From Scenedesmus sp. PABB004 (Eukaryota), in contig JABVCE010000017.1 in assembly GCA_014905635.1 (NCBI GenBank), positions 1 through 64,000 on the forward strand: a stretch of DNA of 64,000 nucleotides, given 5' to 3'. A program made the position numbers and the translations under genes. Positions within the stretch are counted from its first letter, which is position 1. Each line of letters opens with the position of its first letter. The notes below the pieces were generated by a model. That model was not told the DNA's origin, ran no database searches, and saw only the letters and a program-made list of their open reading frames with translations. Below, one piece after another: positions 58,101-64,000 of this stretch.

Positions 58101-58949
58101 GTGGGTGAGCGAGGGTGAGCGCGGGTGAGCGCGGTGAGCCGGTGGGCATGGGGCCGTGTGGCCGTGTGCGGGTGCGCGGCGGCGCGGCCGCCCCACGGCT
58201 GCGCCGCCGCCGCGCCGCGCCCCTCCCCCGCGCGCCGCGCCGCGCCGCGCCTGCGCGATGTGCATGCGGCCGGAGGGCTCGAAGCCGTCGTACGCGACAG
58301 GGTTGGGCTTGCGGCGCAGCAGCTCGCGCAGCTCCGGCTCGGTGATGCACTCCTCGCCGATCGACCTGCGCGCGGCGGGGTTTTGTGTTGTTGTTGTTGT
58401 GTGCACGGCAGGGTTTTGTGCGCGCGGGTGCATGTGCGTACGCACGTGCGCGCGCCGCGCCGGGCGGACGCAAGCAGGCGCGCCGCCGGCGCCCGCCCGC
58501 CGCGCGGAGCAGCCGCGCCGCGTGCGGCCCGTGCGTGGGCAACACCCCACGCTCCCGCGCCCGCGCCCGCGCCCCTCCTGACCTGCACAGCTGGTAGCGC
58601 TCGTCCAGCGTCATCCCGTTGACCAGCGGCGCCTCCTCCTCGCCGCCCGCCGCCGCGCCCGCCGGCGCCGGCGGCGGCTGCTGCGCGTCTGACACGCCCG
58701 CCCTGCGCCGGCGGCGCAGCGGCGGCTCAAGTTCACCGCTGCAGCACCAGGAGGATACAGGCAGGGCCGGGGGCCCAGCGGGCGCCGCAGCGGCGGCGGT
58801 TGCGCGCCCGCCGCCGCTGCCGCTGCCGGCCGCGGCGGCTGCCGCCGCGCAAGGCCGCCGCCCGCTCACTTGGCCGCCAGCTCCTCCGCCAGCGCGTCCT
58901 CCTGCGCGCCCGCGGCGTCCAGCGCCGCGCCGGGCGCGGGGGAGGCCAT
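55185..58949 (-). CDS. TyrRS: Cytosolic tyrosyl-tRNA synthetase, many exons
   Basis: YDGFEPSGRMHIAQ|GVLK (HIGH-like); ADWFAQ|LNNKMGGD; AQIMYPVMQCADIFFLK|ADICQLGLDQRK; GQEKMSKSDP (KMSKS); LHP|GDLKP. Confidence 0.97.
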
Positions 58950-59191
58950 CACTGCACCCGCCTGCTGCTGCTGCTGCTCCCTGCCGGTCGCGGGCGGGCC
59001 CGCCTGCACGCCTGTCGACGGGAGGCGGTCTGAGGGGCGCGATGAGATGGAGCGGGCGCGCGAAGCGCCAGCCGACTGTGCGCACCCGTCACAAAGCTGA
59101 GCCGCGACGCGCGCGTCTTCATCTCCCGGCCGCGCCCCCGCGCCCGCCAGACGCGTTCACGTCGCCGCTGTCGATCGCGACGTCCCGCGTC

Positions 59192-61509
59192 ATGGCGCCT
59201 CCGGCCCAGCCGCGGCCGCGCGGGCGCGGCGCCGTCCGGCGCCTGACCTGGCTGGCGCGGCCCGTGCGCGGCGCCTGGCGCACGCTGCGGTGGCGACGTC
59301 GCTCGGGAGAGGGCGGCGGCGCGCGGAACGGCCCGCCCCTGGCCTCGCTGTCGGCGCTCCTGGCCGAGCCGCGGCCGCTGAGCAGCGAGGAGGACTGGTG
59401 CGTGTCCCCCAAAGTCCATGCAGCGCGCGACGGGCGCGGCACGCCGGCGCGGGCCCTGGCCGCGCGGCGGGGGGCGGGCGCATTCTCCAGCTCTGCTGCT
59501 GCGGCATCGGCATCGATGCCGCGCAGCAACGGGCGCGGGGGCGCGGTGGCGTCACCCCGCCAGCCCAGGCCGCGCTGTGGCCAGGCCCAGCGGGGCATCG
59601 ATGCCGCGCGGGAGCCGCCGCCGGGCTGCACGCTGCGCGCCGCTGCTGACGCGCGCCCCCGCTGCACCGCTGATCGCGCAGGTCCTCGGGAGGCGGCCAG
59701 GAGCCGGGCGGCTTCGGCCTCCCGCAGTGGGCCGCGCTCGCGCCGCCCTGGCTCGCGGGCCTGCTGCCGGGCGCGGCGCCCGGCGCGCCCGCGCACGCGC
59801 ACGCGCGGGCCGCCTTCAGCCCAGCGGCGCTGGCGGCGCGGCCGCGGCCTGCGGAGGCGGCGGCGCTGGCGCCGGCGGCGGCGCTGGCGCCGGCTGCGCT
59901 GGCGCCGCCGGCGCCGGCGGGCGGCGTGCAGGCGCTCGGCGCGATGCTCAACACAGCGCCGACCTTCCCCATGGCCCTCGCGTCCGTCGTGGGTGCCGCC
60001 CCGGATCCGACCGCGCAGCACGCGCAGCAGCAGGCGGCGCAGCAGGCGGCGCAGCAGCAGCGGCCGGCGGCGGCGCAGCAGCAGGCGCTGCTGACGGTCG
60101 GCAACCGGTTCTGGGGCAACTGGTGGGACGGCCGGGGGCTGCTGCGCGTGAAGATCTATGACTTCGCACTCTATGTCAACGCAGACCAGGTGGGCGGGGC
60201 AGGCAAGGGCTCAAAACCCTAGGGTTTTAGGGGTTGAGGGCCCCGGCGGCGGCGGCGGCCTGGTCGGGGCGGCGGCGCGACGCGCCGGCTGGCGGGAGAG
60301 CGAGGCTCGCGGCAGGCCGCTCACGGCGGGGCGCCGCCGCGCGCCCGCCCGACCTCGCAGGCGCGCGCCGCGCTGCCCGGCGGTGCGGCCCCGGCGCAGC
60401 AGCAGCCGGCGGCGGCGGCGCTGCCGGAGCGGCTCAGGGCGGCGCAGAGCGGCGTTGGCATGTCACTCATTCTCAAGGCCGCCCGCGAGGTGCCGCTGGC
60501 GCTGCTGGCGGAGGAGTACGAGAAGGTGGGCAGACAGGAGGAGGAACGAGAGGGGGAGGGAAGCACGGGCGGGCGGGCGGGCGGGGGAGCCGGGCGCGCA
60601 CGCGAAGGAGGCAGCCGGCGGCGGCAGCGCGCCGGCCGAGTCGCCGCGCCGCGCCGCGCCGCCGCGCGCCGCCGCAGGTGCTCACGCGGCGCCTCGCGCG
60701 CGCGGGCGGCGGGCCGTCCGACGCGGCCGCGCTGTCGGAGCTGCTGTCGGGGCTCGCGCACCCGGAGCGCCTGCCGGCCGCCGTGCGCAGCGGCGGCGGC
60801 GGCGGCGGCGGGGCGAGCGTGGTCAAAGGCGCCATGATCATCTTTGAGCGCGGCCCCGACGGCACCGTCGTCGCGCGGGTGGGCGGCCGTGTGGGCGGCG
60901 AGCGCGCCGGCGGGGGGCCTGCGGCCGCGCGCGCCAGCCGCGCAGCGCGCGCCGCGCCGGCCGGGCTCGGCTCCAACGCGCCGCCGCCGCCGCGCAGGTC
61001 GGGCCCCACCTGCTCAGCAGCGTGCGCAGCCCGCGGCTGGCTGAGGCGCTGTTCGACCTGGTGAGCCCGCCGCGCCGCGCCGCGCCGCGCCTGGCTCGGC
61101 GGGCGCGTGGGCCCGCCGCGCCCGCCGCCGCCGCCGGCCCTTCCGGCCCTTCCGGCCCTGACCGGCCCGCCCGCCCGCCGCCCCGCCCGCCGCGTCGCCC
61201 GCCGCGCCCGCCGCACCCGCCGCCCCGCCCGCCCGCCGCTGTTGCCCGCAGTACCTCGGCGACCAGCCGGTCAGCAAGTCGGCAAAGGACGGCGCCGCGG
61301 CGACGCTCGGCCGCATCGTCGCGCCCCGCGGCGGCGGGCAGCAGGCGCCGGCGGCGCAGCAGGCGGCGCCGCCGCCCTTCTACCTGCCCCGCGGCCGCGG
61401 CGAGGCGATCCGCTGCGCCGGCGGCGGCGGCGGCGGCGGCGGCGCGGCGGCGGGGCTCGGCCTGAGCGTGTCGGACCTCGCGGCGTGCACACTGCACCTC
61501 GACGGCTGA
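59192..61509 (+). CDS. Chalcone-isomerase-fold (fatty-acid-binding-like) protein, multi-exon
   Basis: LLRVKIYDFALYV; KGAMIIFER; VRSPRLAEALFDL|YLGDQPVSKSAK, which is the CHI-fold C-terminal motif. The start codon is inferred. Confidence 0.8.
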
Positions 61510-61575
61510 GGCGGCGCGGGCGCGGGCGCGACGGACGGCGGCGCGGACGATTTTGGCCGCCGCCGCCTCGGCACG

Positions 61576-61686
61576 CAGCAGCGGCAGCGGCAGCGGCAGC
61601 GGCAGCGGCAGCGGCAGCGGCAGCGGCAGCGGCAGCGGCAGCGGCAGCGGCAGCGGCAGCGGCAGCGGCAGCGGCAGCGGCAGCGG
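61576..61686. repeat. (GCAGCG)n hexanucleotide microsatellite in a 3' UTR
   Basis: About 18 tandem units. Confidence 0.97.
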
Positions 61687-62457
61687 GGGAGGCTTGCAGC
61701 GGCAGCGGGGGGAGGCTTGCGGCGGCGGCGGAGGGAGGCTTGCGGCGGCGGCGGACCCCATCGATTTTGCGCAGCGCGCATGGGGTGCGGGGGAGCACTG
61801 CGGCGCGGGCGCGTCGCGCGCGTTTTGTACACCGTTTTGCAGGCGAGGGAGGGGCGAGGGAGGGGCGCACCAACAACGCTCAGCCCCCGGCGTCGGCCGC
61901 GGGCCGCGGCCTTGCTTGCTTGCTCAATAAACGCGGCGGCGGCAACGACAACGGCCGCGCGCGCAGGGCGGCGGCGGCATTCACCTCGCAATTGCAGAGG
62001 CTGCTGAGATGAGACCCCACCAGACTGTAATCTCTCTGACTCCGGTCAAATCCCGGTCCGCTCGAGCAGCGGCGCCGGCGGCGGGCTGCCAGGCGTCGGG
62101 CGGCGGCCAGCCCGCGAGCTGCGGGCCGGCCGCGCGCCCCCACACGCCCGCTGCGGCGCGCTGACTCAGGCCCCTCCGCAATCGCTCAGGCCCAGCCGAA
62201 GTCGGCTCCTGCCCCCCACGCCAGCCCCTGCCCCCCTAAACCAGCGCCGCCGAGGAAGGAAGGTGATGTAAAAAGAAGGGGGCGCGTCGCGGCGCCGGGC
62301 GCGTGTGCGCCGTGGTGGCGACGCGCCGCCGTGGTGGCGGCGCGGTGCGATCCTAGAGACCCACCAACTGAGTGCTTTCAATTGAAAGCACTTGGTTGCA
62401 ACCGAGTGCTTTCAAGTTGGCGCTGCCAACTTGAAGCGTTGCTAGCTCGTGCTCCTG

Positions 62458-62846
62458 CTATGCCGCGTCGGGCAGGAGGCCGCCCAGCGTGAACATGAGG
62501 CCGAGCGCCTGCGGGGCGGCCGGGCCGGGCGGGCGGGGCGGGCGGGGCGGGTCGCGCACGGCGTGTGGCGGCGCCCGGGCCGTCGCCCCGCGCGCGCAGC
62601 GGTCGACACCACAGGCGCGCCCCGCGCCGCGCCGCGCCGCGCCCCGCAGCGCCCGCGCCCCGCAGCGCCCGCGCCCGCGCCCGCGCCCGCGCCCTGCGCG
62701 CCGCGCCGCGCCTGTGCGAGCAGGACTGAGAGCAGGGCGATTGGCGCGACGCGGCGCACCACCTTGCCCTCGCCCACGCCCTGCAGGTTGAGCAGCACCG
62801 TGGCCGACTGCGGGGCGGGAGGGAGAGAGGGGTGCGGGCGTCGCAC

Positions 62847-62877
<31 letters not shown>

Positions 62878-64000
62878 ACGCGGCGGCGCGGGCGAGCCAG
62901 GCGCGGGCCAGGGGGGCGAGCCCGTCAGCGCCGGCGCACCAGGATGTTTGAGAGGCAGAGCATCTTGCCGGCGCAGGAGCCGGCCACCTGCGCGCGGCGC
63001 GCGCGCCGCGTGTCGGCACAGGCGCGAGCGCGGGCCCCGCGGGCAACGCAGCCCCGTCCGCCCTCCCCCTGCTCGGCCGCGCGCGGGCCCACCTGCACCG
63101 CGAGAATGCCGCTGACGGGCACGCCCACCGCGGCGGCGGCGACCTGCGGCGCGCGGCCGGCGGCGCGGGTTCAGTGCTTGCCGCGTGCTGTGTGTGCCCT
63201 CACACGTTGAACCCCATGCCCTGCCTTTAAACAAGCCGAGCCCCATGCGCGCGCGCGCACGCCGCGCACCTTCTGCACGCCGCCGGTCATCATGTTGCCC
63301 GCGAGGACGCTGCCGCTCACAAACGACCCGAGCGCGCCGACAAAGCCCGACGCAGCGAGGAAGCCGCGCCCGAGCCAAGCACTGAGGTAGTAGCCGACCT
63401 GCCGGCGGGCGCAGGGTTTAGGGTTGAGGCGGGCGGGCAGGGTTTAGGGCGGGCGGGCGGGCGGGCGAGGGGCGCGGCGGCGGCCGCCGGCCGCGCCGGG
63501 GGCGGCCGGGAGCCGGCCGGCGCCCGCGGGCGCCGCGGCGCGCCGGGGCTGTGGCGGCGGGCGGTCGCACCAGATAGGCTGGCGAGCCGGTGCCGCCGGC
63601 CGAGGTGAGCTCGGACAGCACCATCGCGCCGAGCACCGCCGACGCGGCGCCTGCGGGCGGCGCGGCGCGGCGGGCGGCCGGGCTGAATTCTTTGCAGCCG
63701 TGCCACGCACAGCGTGGCGGCGGGGGCTTGCGCAAAGCAGGCATGCCGCGCCGAGGAGGGGGGCGGCGGCGGCGGCGGCGCCAGTCGCGCGCGCGGCGCG
63801 GCGCGGCGCGGCGCACCGCGCGTCTTGCGCCACGCGTGCGCAAAGGGCGTCGCCCAGCCGAGCCCCCCGGCCGCGAGGTCGCGGCGGTGGAGGGCGATCG
63901 TCGCGAGCGCGGCGGGCACAAAGGGCAGGAGGGCGGGGACGTACAGGGTCTGGTACTGCCAGTTAACGCCCTCGAGGCCGAGCACGCCGCGCAGCTGCAG
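62458..64000 (-). CDS. L-lactate permease (LctP family), 3' part; continues beyond the window
   Basis: SGFVGALGSFVSGSVLAGNMMTGGVQK|VAAAAVGVPVSGILAVQ|VAGSCAGKMLCLSNI...GVGEGKVVRRVAP resembles the LctP C-terminal motifs. Confidence 0.75.

Overview
This is very GC-rich (roughly 75-80% by eye) eukaryotic nuclear DNA with short spliceosomal introns and TTTAGGG-like repeats. It most likely comes from a chlorophyte green alga (Sphaeropleales/Selenastraceae-like; this is an inference). Most long entries in the ORF track are GC artefacts, so genes were rebuilt by hand from exon motifs. Genes in order: a subtilisin S8 protease with a disintegrin-like tail, OPR-RAP copy 1, Rab7, a glycine-rich RRM protein, a stand-alone ethylene-binding-domain protein, OPR-RAP copy 2, a secreted collagen-motif protein, two head-to-head half-size ABCA transporters, an ankyrin-like protein, a large Pro-rich secreted repeat protein, OPR-RAP copy 3, cytosolic TyrRS, a chalcone-isomerase-fold protein and the 3' part of a lactate permease. 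The most notable findings are: (1) three recent OPR-RAP paralogues whose near-identical 114-bp repeat array has 12, 1 or 2 units with a few variable positions, fused to a nuclease-like RAP domain; (2) an ETR1-like ethylene sensor with no kinase; (3) abundant GC-AG introns with complementary G-rich and C-rich halves; (4) a possible newborn intron in Rab7.
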